Assembly: GCF_040938485.1 (NCBI RefSeq)
Contig: NW_027271626.1
Coordinates: 310,001-374,000, forward strand
Length of the DNA: 64,000 nt
Direction: 5' to 3'
Source of the DNA: Diadema antillarum
Taxonomy: Eukaryota
Part shown: piece after piece, positions 53,257 to 64,000 of the stretch
How positions within the stretch are numbered: the first letter of the stretch is position 1
Layout: the number at the start of each line of letters is the position of its first letter
Notes under the pieces: model-generated
Told to the model about the DNA's origin: nothing
Seen by the model: the letters and a program-made list of their open reading frames with translations, nothing else
Database searches by the model: none
Position numbers and translations under genes: made by a program

Positions 53257-55673
53257 TTGTGGATTATCATCACTGGTCACAAATGACCAGACAAAATGTA
53301 TGATGGCACAGATTTATGTTACCACTGGGTCTCACGAAAAGGGAGGGGGGATTGCAGGAGGGGATGAAGAGAGGCAGATGAGGAGAGAAAAGCCTCCGGC
53401 TTCATATTTAGTATGCACATTTTGTAAATGGAGCAAATCAACATCCATTCACGATATTTAACAACATCTCCCCTGGTTCCCTCCACTGTGGGACAGCACA
53501 CACTCCCCCATGATGCATCTCTTTCCCTCTCCATCTCTCCCTCCCCCTCTCTCTCCTTCCCTCATCTCTCTGATCATCAGAGATCTGAGGGAGTAAGGAA
53601 GCCAGCCAGCCAGGTCTGGAGTAAGCAAATACAGCCATCAAACAGTGGTGGCTTATGAAATATGAGATACCCTCATCACTCAACACAAAGGACTCCGCGT
53701 GCCCAACTCCAAGCTGAGACAATCTTGTGCCCCGGTGCCCTGCGACAACTGTTCCCCCGATTGTTAGCCCTGCATTTTGGCAGTTAGTAAATTTTCAAAT
53801 AGATACAACATACAAGTCTGTACAAAGAAGACTGCATGCTTTTGCTTTCTAACATTTGTGTGTTGTATGGATGATGTCTGACTAGCAAAATATGTTGTTG
53901 TTTTTTTGGCCTCCATGTCACACACATTTTACATAACATCACTCAAAGTAATCTTTTGATTTTTGTGCATTTGTTGTCCCATTTTTTTCCAATTCCCTCT
54001 TCCCCCCCCCCCCCCCCAAAAAAAAAAAAAAATAGGGGGGGGGAGAGGGAGGGGGAACCTGGTAACTGTTTGAGAAATAAGATCTGGCCATTAAAGATGT
54101 TTGCTTCATCCCAAAAATAATTTTGCAAATTGACAAACTGCAGGAGTGCAAGTTTCTGCAGCAGTCAAGCAATTTGTGCAGCAAGCCCCTCTTCTGACAG
54201 TGAAGGCAAGAAATATCTCTAGCATTTGCTTTGCTTACCCAGGGGAAGACTTACAGAGTACACGTGCACCATTTTGTAGACTGATAGGGACTCATATTGG
54301 CCACAAAACATCACCAAACAATCAAGGGTGGCACTGCCTGCTCTAGATGGTAACAACAGGGGGAAAAAATAATTTATAAACAAAAACCCCTGGCGATATT
54401 CAGTTTGTAAACACACTACTATATGACCAGCCAACAAAGTACCATCATGTTTTTCAGAATTCTTCCAGAGTCTCGAGTCAGTATCAACCTCACGTCACGC
54501 TATACTGTACCTCCATGTGCAATGGTGTACTGGGTTTGACCGTGTTTATGTCAGCAAGGACACCTTTGACTGTTACCTTATGCTATCAAAACGGTCGCTG
54601 AGATCTGATCTGTAGTACGTGTGGCTGCGGTGATCACGTCACAAAGAAAATCTCTTTTGACATCTGGATAATATCCTGCAGTTTGATCATCGTGTTTGGG
54701 CATTGTGTATTAAAATGTTCATTGCAGAGTTCACTGATAGAAAAAGACCTTGAAACCAGTGGAAGAGGAAATGGTATGGAGCCAGGATTTGTGCCATCAA
54801 AAGCACAGAAAAACAAATGTTCTATAAAGGAAAAGCTCACTAATGATATGATGCCAGCAAAATGGTCAATACAGAAATAATCCAACTGTATTAAGACATG
54901 ATAATTGCTGTTGATCACACAGTATTATATATACGTAGAAATCCTTATTGCACACTGCAGTTGGAGGTTGTGGCATACAATCAATCATGACAAAAAAAAA
55001 AGACATAATGTCATCTACATACAAGTGTAGGTCCTACTGTGCATACATGTAGAATACTGCAATGCATTATTACTTCTTTCCTATATTACTGGGGAGCAGA
55101 AATGTTTCACTAGAAAAATAACCAGACACTTTTGTGATTCTAAAAGGCAAAGCATTGTCCACATAACCAACCATAGAGATATTTTACATTTGTTTTTTGC
55201 TTTTTATGCCTCTACAGTAGAGGAAGTATTCAATGGTTAAAAGGTTGTTTGCTGTACAAAAGCTGGAGAAGCTTTACACAGGGCCTGGATTTGGCAAGTT
55301 TGGAATGGTTTCGTCTCCGCTCTGAACTTTCGCTTTGAACAGATATCAGATTCACATCCTCAGTTGATAGGGATTGTAAATCATCAGCTACTCATTACTT
55401 TACATTTATCCCTATGGTGATCATTGCCTCTTTTTTTTATTCTACTATACTGCTACTCAGTTCCCATCATTGAACTGAGAGAGAGAGAGAGAGAAAGTAA
55501 TATATATGTACTCCATATACTCCATCTTCACATCTTATTTCTTGTCCCCCCCCCCCCCCCCGCAGGAAAAATGAAAATGAAATTTAAGTTTATGTGAACA
55601 AAAATTAATTTATTGACATCTATCTCTCAACAAAGAATGTGTGTATACATAAGATATTTAAACACACACACAT

Positions 55674-55715
<42 letters not shown>

Positions 55716-56439
55716 TCACGTATGTGGGTTTTTTTTTTTCTTTACCAACATCTCTTTATTTCCAGCATAATCCCAAAAGGTCATGGTGGGATAAATGAGA
55801 TTTTGGTGGTGATCAAGATTAATAGTCTATAGGTCTTCAACCAGGATATTCCTCTCAATATGCATGGGATATGGAGAGGGAGTGTTTCAAAGCACAGCTC
55901 AGGAAGAATGAGCTAATGAGATGAATTTTGTTCAGTTTGATGAAAGACTGATTGGATTTGACTCTTTAGACACAGTGATTCCTGGGATTGAAGTCCTTTT
56001 TATGTTTCATGCCAAGAATGTGGCATCTTTTGTGAAATAATACTCAGTTGGTGTCATTTTGTTTTGCTTTGATTTGTTCTGTTTTGTCTCGGACCCTAGG
56101 GGTGGTCGCTGTTGCAGGCAAGAAAGGATACCATGGTATTTCAAAAGAAGTTTTTACTTGCACTTTTATTTTGCCCTCCTCTTTTATTTTTTATTTTTTG
56201 GGTGTGAACACTGTATTATGCACTGCACGTGTTAACGTGACTGCGCACCTCACTGCACTCAGTACGACTATACTCTACTAAGAGGGATGTACTTTAATGG
56301 AAGAAGAAGAAGAAGAAGTATTATATGAACATCATCACTTTTAAATTGGTTTAGAGGTGCACTGCATGGAATGACTGTAACAAATGGCACTAACATACAC
56401 GGTAACCCAGTATTTACTGGGTATCAAGCTGGAACATAC

Positions 56440-57301
56440 CTGCATCATGCCTGGTCTCTGTGGTGCTGTTTACAACATCATCTGTCGTACTTGAGCTCTC
56501 ATAGCCTTGTTCACTCAACTTGTCGCAGTCCCCTATGGAGGGCGAGACCGGTTTGAAATTACTCCTGCAGCTCAGTATTGCCAGCTTTTTCTCCGTTGTT
56601 ATGTGCAGGTCGTCTAGGCTGCTGCCAAACGACCCAGCCCGCACGAGCACGTCGTCATCTCCTTCGTTGGCGTAATCTGTGTCAGATCCATGGCTCCCGG
56701 TCTCATTACCAAGAGAACTTGGGCTTATGGAATTGTGCTGATAGGAACCCAGTATGAAGGCCACATTTTCGTAATCGTCTCCGCTGTCGTCGCTGTCATC
56801 GTCTCCGTGATTTATTGGGATCGGGGTCCTGATCGATCTACTAGGCGCAGGCCTCGGGGGAACAGCCGGAATTGCATCCAAGCCTGCGTTGACGTGTTCG
56901 TGCTCCTCGTCGCACTCATTGTCCGAATCCCCCTCCAATATTTCCTCTTCGCTTTCTTCCCCTCTCGACTTCAGTCCATCCTCACTGTCAAGGTCGATGC
57001 TGTGGGCATCGTCAGAACCAAGAGATTCTAGCCCCTCGTTGGCCCGTCGGATCCTAATGATTTCTTTCTGGATCCATGTCTGGCAGAATTTCTCTCGTCT
57101 AATCTCGCTCCTCAATTTAAAGATGCGACTTCGCGTGAGTTTGAGGTCATCCTCTAGCAGCTGGAGGTCGGTGAGCGCACGCTTGCTGGCGAACGGGAGA
57201 GCCGCGGCGACAGTCGTGTCCAGCAGAAATATGAGACCCGGCGGTGGAAACTCCCCGAAGTTTCTTCTCCATGCTTCCATAAAATCCTCCTTGATCGTCA
57301 T
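56440..57301 (-). CDS. BCR: BCR/ABR-family gene, long first coding exon (287 codons + 1 nt): Bcr oligomerisation coiled coil plus acidic low-complexity region
   Basis: ATG at 57301 in context AAAATGA; the ORF-track start at 57367 is GTG. MTIKEDFMEAWRRNFGEFPPP...LLEDDLKLTRSRIFKLRSEIRREKFCQTWIQ resembles the human BCR N-terminus (FAEAWKAQFPDSEPP...IEQELERCKASIRRLEQEVNQERFRMIYLQ, recalled). Ends GAT GCA G|gtatg, a phase-1 donor. Confidence 0.9.
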
Positions 57302-57948
57302 TTTTACTACCGTCACCGTGGCGAGGCGGCTACGTATTCCTGCGAAAAATGGTCCTGTCACTTCCACCTAGCTTAACAGGCCGCTTTTTTGTTCTAATAC
57401 TTGGTACAATGTACTTAGGAACTCTCCAACTCTACAGCGTCTCATCCAATACGATACAATAGAATGGTGGGTGATTATACCTTTTCGCTGCATGTAATCG
57501 CGATGTCGGATCGGCGGTACACTGGTAAGATTGGCATTTTCGTGATAGTGGCGTTTGGTGTCGTCGTGTGTGTGAATGAAGGTGTGTATACTGCATGCAG
57601 TATTATGCCTGAGTGTGTATGCAAAGCAAAAACAACCTTGCAGCATTTGGTAGGAAAGCTTGGCTGGGAGTGTGACGATGAGGCGCTGGTTCCAAGAGGT
57701 GGCGGTGTTTACTATTGCACCAATACACTTGCTCGTCTGCTAACAGAATCAGGATGCGGTGTACAATAAACCACTCATTGGCTTCGTACAAAGTTTCAAT
57801 GAACTTTATTCATCACATGCATGACACGGTGGTTCACACCACAGAACTCTTACTGTGGTTCACACTCATACGCAAGAATGTTTACGTTGTGAGTGCAGAA
57901 CCGAAAGGGTTCGATTAGAGCTCAGCCTGGCCTCCACCTGTCCAGTGA

Positions 57949-58010
57949 CCCCGCCCCATATCGATATCAATGCCCCACCCCCGTATAGCCAATAATATTG
58001 CGTGACGTCA
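57949..58010 (-). promoter_or_regulatory. Probable proximal promoter cluster of the long BCR isoform
   Basis: GC box ccccgcccc 57949-57957, CACCC box ~57973-57982, CCAAT 57989-57993 and palindromic CRE TGACGTCA 58003-58010, within ~60 bp and ~650-700 bp upstream of the ATG. Confidence 0.5.
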
Positions 58011-58774
58011 TTATATAATCATGTACAGTGTAATAACTACAGCAAATAACAACTTCAGTAAATCCATTAAGGTTGATTTTACATAATCGTGACATTTTTC
58101 CGCTTTACGTGCCGCTGTAAGCATTGACAAAAACCGATTCTGTCATGGTCTTTTGCATAATCGAATAATTTATATATATATACATGTATATAATATTATA
58201 TTATTCTTATTATTTATGGACTTGCTAGTTTATTGTGACAGACAAGCTGACTGTGGTTATTCTCAAGGAAGAAGAAAAGAAGAAGAACCCATAAGAATGG
58301 GATTGCTGAGAAATAGTTTAAAAGAAATTATAGAACGACATTATTCGATGAGCCATATAAATAATACTCAAATGTACCACGATCTGCATAGAGATTGGGA
58401 GCAACCGCATATACACCAAAACAAAAATAGAACTAGAGAAATAAAGGGGGTTTAACTTCCGTAAGATAATCAAGTTTGAGCCTGTGAATTTGTAAATTCC
58501 TTATACTGATGAATCACAAGGAGGATTGCAGGATTTCTTTATTTTTCATGACACTATCAAACTTTGCGATAGTATAATGGAAAGGAATCCAAACATCCTG
58601 TTCTAGTTTCGAAGTAAAACAAATTCCAGTGATAATGTCTGGAAGAACATTTTGAGTTGGCAAAAAGCCTAGATTCCAGCACAAGCCTGTGTGTTGGGCC
58701 ATTTCCATTTTTTTTTTCAGATTATCATCAGCCAACACCTCAATGACGACTGTGCGCACTACTGGTGACACGAC

Positions 58775-58987
58775 ATTAATAGGCCTATTCCTGCAGTTGC
58801 TCCGGTCTTATTTTCTCCAAGGACGAAAATGGTTAGGGTTGTGATAGGGTTTTACGTTTAGTTTGATGTGAGGATTAGGATTAGAGTTAGAGTTTGTGTT
58901 AAATGTAGGTAGAATTTATGTTTGGCTTAGCGTGCAGGTATATTTCATGGGAGCAATTATTGTCGCAGGAGCAAATGTCAAGGAACC
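58775..58987. repeat. Interspersed repeat fragment with degenerate TTAGGG-like core
   Basis: ggttagggtt...gattaggattagagttagag core, with ggagcaatt and gcaggagcaaatgtc at the end. A TAACCC-like patch also occurs at ~42580-42620. Confidence 0.4.
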
Positions 58988-59155
58988 ATGTACACTATCA
59001 ATGTTTATTTTCAATGAAAATCAATACTGTATGTTCACCGTTATGTCGGCAATGTTACACACTGCAGAACACGATAATGTATACAAGGGGTTATTAATCT
59101 TTGTTCATTCTGTTTGTCTGTTATCCCCCACGCGGCGCTTACACACACACACACA

Positions 59156-59213
<58 letters not shown>

Positions 59214-59339
59214 CACCCTTCTCCACACTTGGTTAAATTGTCATGACTGCATTTATCTAATTATAAACTTCTATTAAATTTTAAAGGGGAACTATAAACC
59301 ATTCCGCATTGTCTGGCTTTAATGAGACAAGTCACGTGA

Positions 59340-62300
59340 ACATATTTGTTATTTGAACTTCGAGCATGTATCAACCCATTTCTGAGTCTTGTATATCCCC
59401 TGTATCAATCAATAATCTTATCCCCACAGCTTATACCCACAGCTTAAAACATGTAGTTATAATGTTCACACACTTCTAAAACAGACACAGGACGCTGTTT
59501 CTCTTCCACGCCACGGCTGCTTAATATCTTCTAGGCACACTGGCCGTATGGAGGGGTCAACTATTTCGATACCTTGACTTTCATCGTGATTAAGAACTAC
59601 CCAAGGCACATTCATGTTGACTAACAGAAAATAAAAAAGTCAAACACATGAGCCTTGAAAGGAATGTATATTTGTCACTACAACAACAAGTTTATAGCAC
59701 CGAAATATTTCCAAGGTTAGATTGGTTTGTTCAAAGCATGCATTCACTACAGTAGTAATCTAACTTTAACGACTGCTTAAATATTTGCTTTTTGTGTTGT
59801 CTTATTTTTCGTAGTGAAATTCTGTCCAGTCGTTTTGAGTAAGGTTTATCTGATAACTCTGGTCCTTTTTTTTCTTTCTATTTTTGTTGTCTTTTTTCTT
59901 TTGGCGAATGTAAGGTAGTCCTTTGCCTTTAAAAATGTTGAACCACGTGCGTGAATCTTCTTCCTCTACTGGCATGACCTTCCATTCCTTTCTTTTGTTA
60001 CTACGATACATTGCATTCAAAAGTACTTCTTAAAATCACAAATTATCTATTCATTTGTTGTGAATTGTTATTGATGAATTACGTTCGAGCTTAATTTAAC
60101 TACCTTCTGAATTTTGTATATCCTCTGTATCAACCGATGATCCAGATAATGTCTGTAGCATGCCTATACTTTTGTATAAAAAAACAAACAAAATAAACAC
60201 GAAATCCCTGTATTTGCTGTTCACACACGTCTAAAATATAGACAGTGCGTGGCTCCTCCTCACCACGGTAAAGCTATAGTCAATATTTTACATCGGTCTT
60301 CTAGGCCATTTTTGCTGTTCGTTCGGAAGGGTCAAATACCTTGACACCTGGACTTTCACGATCAATCTGTGTTGGTTTTATTGTGACGAAGAACAACTGA
60401 AAGGCACAGCTGCGTTAGCTTGTTAAGAAGAAATGATAATTAAAGAAAAAGAAATAACAACATTTGACGTTTTAGCGTCGAAAGGAATGTATGTTTGTCA
60501 CCACCCTTCAGCAGCTAAATAAGGCTGCCATGCATGCAGGAATGTTCCATTTTATACCCTGTCTTGCCCGTTGGATTTAGTGGCAGGCATTATCCTTTGA
60601 TAAATAAAGAGAGTTACATAATTTCTGATTGAAAATGGGCTGCTTTCAATGGTCAAATTCACCATCACTGCGGCCGGGTATGTCAAAACACATTCCAACC
60701 CGGAGCTCTTTGGTTGATAATTTTCCTTTTTCTTACAACTTATTGTTACTGAGCAAGAACATCTGAAGTCAACCAATTGTCAGCTAAGCTTCCATACATT
60801 TTTCCTTGTTTTGATATTCAACCATAGAACTCAATTGTGTATTAGCCTCACCACATGTGGCCAATTACGTGTCTTGTGCATGCGTAAACCAATGTCAGGG
60901 CGAGGTTTCCCCTCCACGCCTCTGCTATCCGACCTCTTCGTTGATCCACTGTGAATCAATGTATAGAGATTCACTTCATAAATTATTATATTTAAAGAAA
61001 TCACATTATATTGTAAAGATTTTGATAACCGGTAAGGTGAAAAACCTAATGAGAAAAAAGGGAAATCAGTTTCTGTCATCACTGTAGGGGTACACAGTTC
61101 AAATCGACAAGGTTATGTTCATCCGCCACCAGCCTGCGAGCTGAATGTTAACAATTAGTACCTTACGTTTTCACGTATTAATTGTAAAGCCAGAAATGTT
61201 CACCTGCCTGTTTCCCTTTAAGTTTCAAAACTTTTTTGAACCCATATCTCCAACTTTCTGAATGAAAGTTACTAATCAATTTGAAGTTTACTGATAACTG
61301 GCAAACGGTTTTTACAAACCTCCATACTTCCTGTTATTGAACCTCGATTTTCTCAGTATAGTATCCCCTGCACTGCTTTGGCAGGCATTTATCCCTGTAC
61401 TTGCCCAACAAAATTATTTTGTTTTGCAAATCATCTTTGTGAAAGTCAGAGGTGTTCCCACTGACGTAACGTTCTTATTCTATGCATGTGTACTATCAGA
61501 ATTTTGCAAGAATGTGTAATCGTTCACATGTTTAGTGTAGATACTGAGCGTGGCTACTCTTTCACACCACGACCTACTTATATCTCTGTATGTTAATCAA
61601 GCCACTGCAAGTGGCACCTGTGTCTGACGCATGTTGAACGGGTTCCTGTTTGTACACCCTGATTTCCATTCAATATTTGTACAGTATTTTTTTCTTCGAC
61701 GTGTCTTTTAATGGGTACTGAGTACATGGTTAAAAGTCTCGTATTTGATAGTCAATACAGAGATTGCAAGAAATGTACCTTCACTCCCCCTTTACTCCCC
61801 CCCCCCCCCCCTCCCCTCCCTAACTGGACAAGGGCCACGGTCCTTTGGTTTTCATATAAAGGAACTCTAAAGTTTGTAATGAATTTGTATAATGAATTTG
61901 TGTCAACCAATGATTTTATTCAGTTATTTCTGCAACGTAACCATAATTATATATAAAAAAAACAAACAAATGTGTAGTCTTTACAGTTATCCACACACGT
62001 CTAAAATATAGACACAGGGCGTGGCTCCCCTTCCTCACCACGGCAAAAATTATATCTAATATTTTATATCGGTCTTTTGAGCCATTTTTCCTGTTCGTAT
62101 GGAGGGGTCAAATACTTCGACACTTTGACTCCCATGATCAACTTGTATTGGTTTTATTGTGGCTAAGGATCATGTAAGGCACAATGGCGTTGGTTGAGTT
62201 AAAAAAAATAACAAATAAAGAAAAAATAATAATTTAACACATTAGCCATGAAAAGAATGTATGTTTGTCACTACCTTCCAGGAACCATTAAAAAGCTACC

Positions 62301-62799
62301 ATACAGGAAGATTTTATTTGCCCTGTTGGATTTATTGACGAGCATCGCCTTTGACTCGTAAAAAAGTTACGTAATCTTTGATTGAAAATGGTTGCCTTCA
62401 ATTGCCAAGTCCACCATTACTGGGAATGGGAATGTCAAAGCACATTCCCATCCGGAGCTCTTTGGTTGACAGTTTTCCTTTTTCTTACAACTTATTGTTA
62501 TTGAGCAAGAACATCTAAAGTCAACCAATTGTCAACTAAGCTTCCATACATTTTTCCTTTTTCGATATTTAACCGTAGAACTCAATTGTACCTTGTAACA
62601 TCACTACAAATATATGTGTTGTTAATTACGTGTCTTGTGCGTAAACCAATGTCAGGGCGAGGTTTCCCCTCCACGCCTCCGCTATCTGTCCTCCTTGTTG
62701 ATCCACTGTGACTCCCAACGCTGTGTGTAATGAATGATAGAACCATGGTTTGTTTCAACCATTTTTATTTCCTATTATATACATTCATATGTACATATA

Positions 62800-62843
<44 letters not shown>

Positions 62844-63705
62844 GATGGCGGTTATCAAAAAAGTTTAACGGGAAAAAAAGAAAACCTTTTTCGGTCATCA
62901 TTTTAGGGATACACGGTTCAATTTTGCAAGGTTATGCTCATCCACCACCTGGTCATTCTCCACAGTATGGTGACAGTTTATAGTACCTCATTTTTTCACG
63001 TATAGATTGAAGCCAGACATTTCTACCCACATATTTCACTTCATAGTTTCAAAATGTTTTTGAACCCATAACTTTAAATTTTTAAAGAAAGTCACTAATC
63101 TCTTTTAATTTATAACTGGTAGATGGTTCCTTTAAACCTCCCACACTTTTTGGTATTGAACTCCGATTTTGTATTATTATTATTATTATTTTTAGTACAG
63201 CACATCCCTCACTGCTTTGGCAGATATTTATCCTCCTGTGAACTGTCCGGAAAAAAAAAATCCCTTTGTTCTACGAATCACCTGTTGAAACTCCGAACCC
63301 ATTGATAAGACGTCCGTATTATACATGTACAGTAAGCAGTTTCCATGAATGTATAATCGTTCACATGTTGTGTGTCGACACGAGGCGTGGCTGCTTTTTC
63401 GCGCCACGGCCGACTGATCTCCAATGGTAATTAAGCCACTGCAAGTAGCACCTGCGTTTGACGCATGTTAAACGGGTTGCTATTAACACCCTGATTTCCA
63501 TTCAGTATTTGTACTGTTTTTTTTTCTGATACGTGTGTTAATGGGTGCATGGTTAAAAGTCCCACATTCAATAGCCAATACAGATGTTGCAAGAAATGTA
63601 CCTTTACTGTTTACTCTCCTTTACTCCCCTCCCCCCCCCCCCCCCCCCTGTATACGGGAAAGTCTCCCTGAACTTTAAATGGGCAAGTGTCACGGTCCTT
63701 GAATT
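59340..63705. repeat. Old tandem duplication: two ~1.8-kb units (~60170-61860 and ~61950-63705) plus a more diverged partial copy (~59340-59790)
   Basis: Collinear shared blocks, e.g. cacacgtctaaaatatagac at ~60224 and ~61994, ggagctctttggttga...cttacaacttattgtta, aaaccaatgtcagggcgaggtttcccctccacgcc, and ttgcaagaaatgtacctt. Confidence 0.85.
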
Positions 63706-64000
63706 CTCTGTCTGTACGTGTTTTAAAACACAACACCTTTATACTGAGTGGTCCGGCTATCCCCTGGTGATCTGTTGTAATTGCGTACTAGTAATTATTG
63801 TAAGTGTGACCAAGATGGGTCTAATTGTACCAAATTTTGTATTGTATATTGAAACCCCACACACATTTGCACTTTGCACACACACCTGCACAGTAGTATG
63901 CACTTGCAAAATGCACATTAGCACCTATGCAGTTGTTGTCTCTCAAATCTCCGGTAATTTACATCTCTGTATTACGGAATGGCGTCGTCACATGTGAATA

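Noticed and set aside
57302-57367. N-terminal extension MEVTGPFF... in the ORF track
   Set aside because: It starts at GTG. Homology and Kozak context place the start at ATG 57301.
56690-57371. Plus-strand ORFs of 113 and 160 aa
   Set aside because: Antisense shadows of the GC-rich BCR exon 1.
58514-58771. 85-aa minus ORF (WNLGFLPTQNVLPDIITG...)
   Set aside because: No recognisable family or splice context. Length is within the chance range seen across this window.

Overview
Eukaryotic, AT-rich, microsatellite-rich genomic DNA. The repeat style suggests a marine invertebrate, possibly an echinoderm; this is inference. The window holds the 5' part of one minus-strand gene, a BCR/ABR-family RhoGEF/RhoGAP. 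Its long first coding exon (57301-56440) encodes a BCR-type N-terminal oligomerisation coiled coil and a YENV motif at residue 177. It is followed by a linker exon (28105-27930) and two DH (RhoGEF) domain exons (23658-23539, 1404-1219), all phase-compatible. A second, acidic candidate first exon (34074-33948) could give a short ABR-like isoform. The introns carry many DNA-transposon derivatives. The largest is an apparently non-autonomous ~10 kb CACTA/EnSpm element (12616-22574, ~100 bp TIRs, TAA TSD) with a 71-bp minisatellite and a nested MITE. Others are two MITE copies with 6-bp TSDs, several TTAA/Kolobok-type and Harbinger-type MITEs, and Helentron/HINE-like elements. An old ~1.8 kb tandem duplication lies upstream of the promoter. 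There are two N-gaps. I recognised no rRNA, tRNA or CRISPR array, and most ORF-track entries are chance or shadow ORFs.
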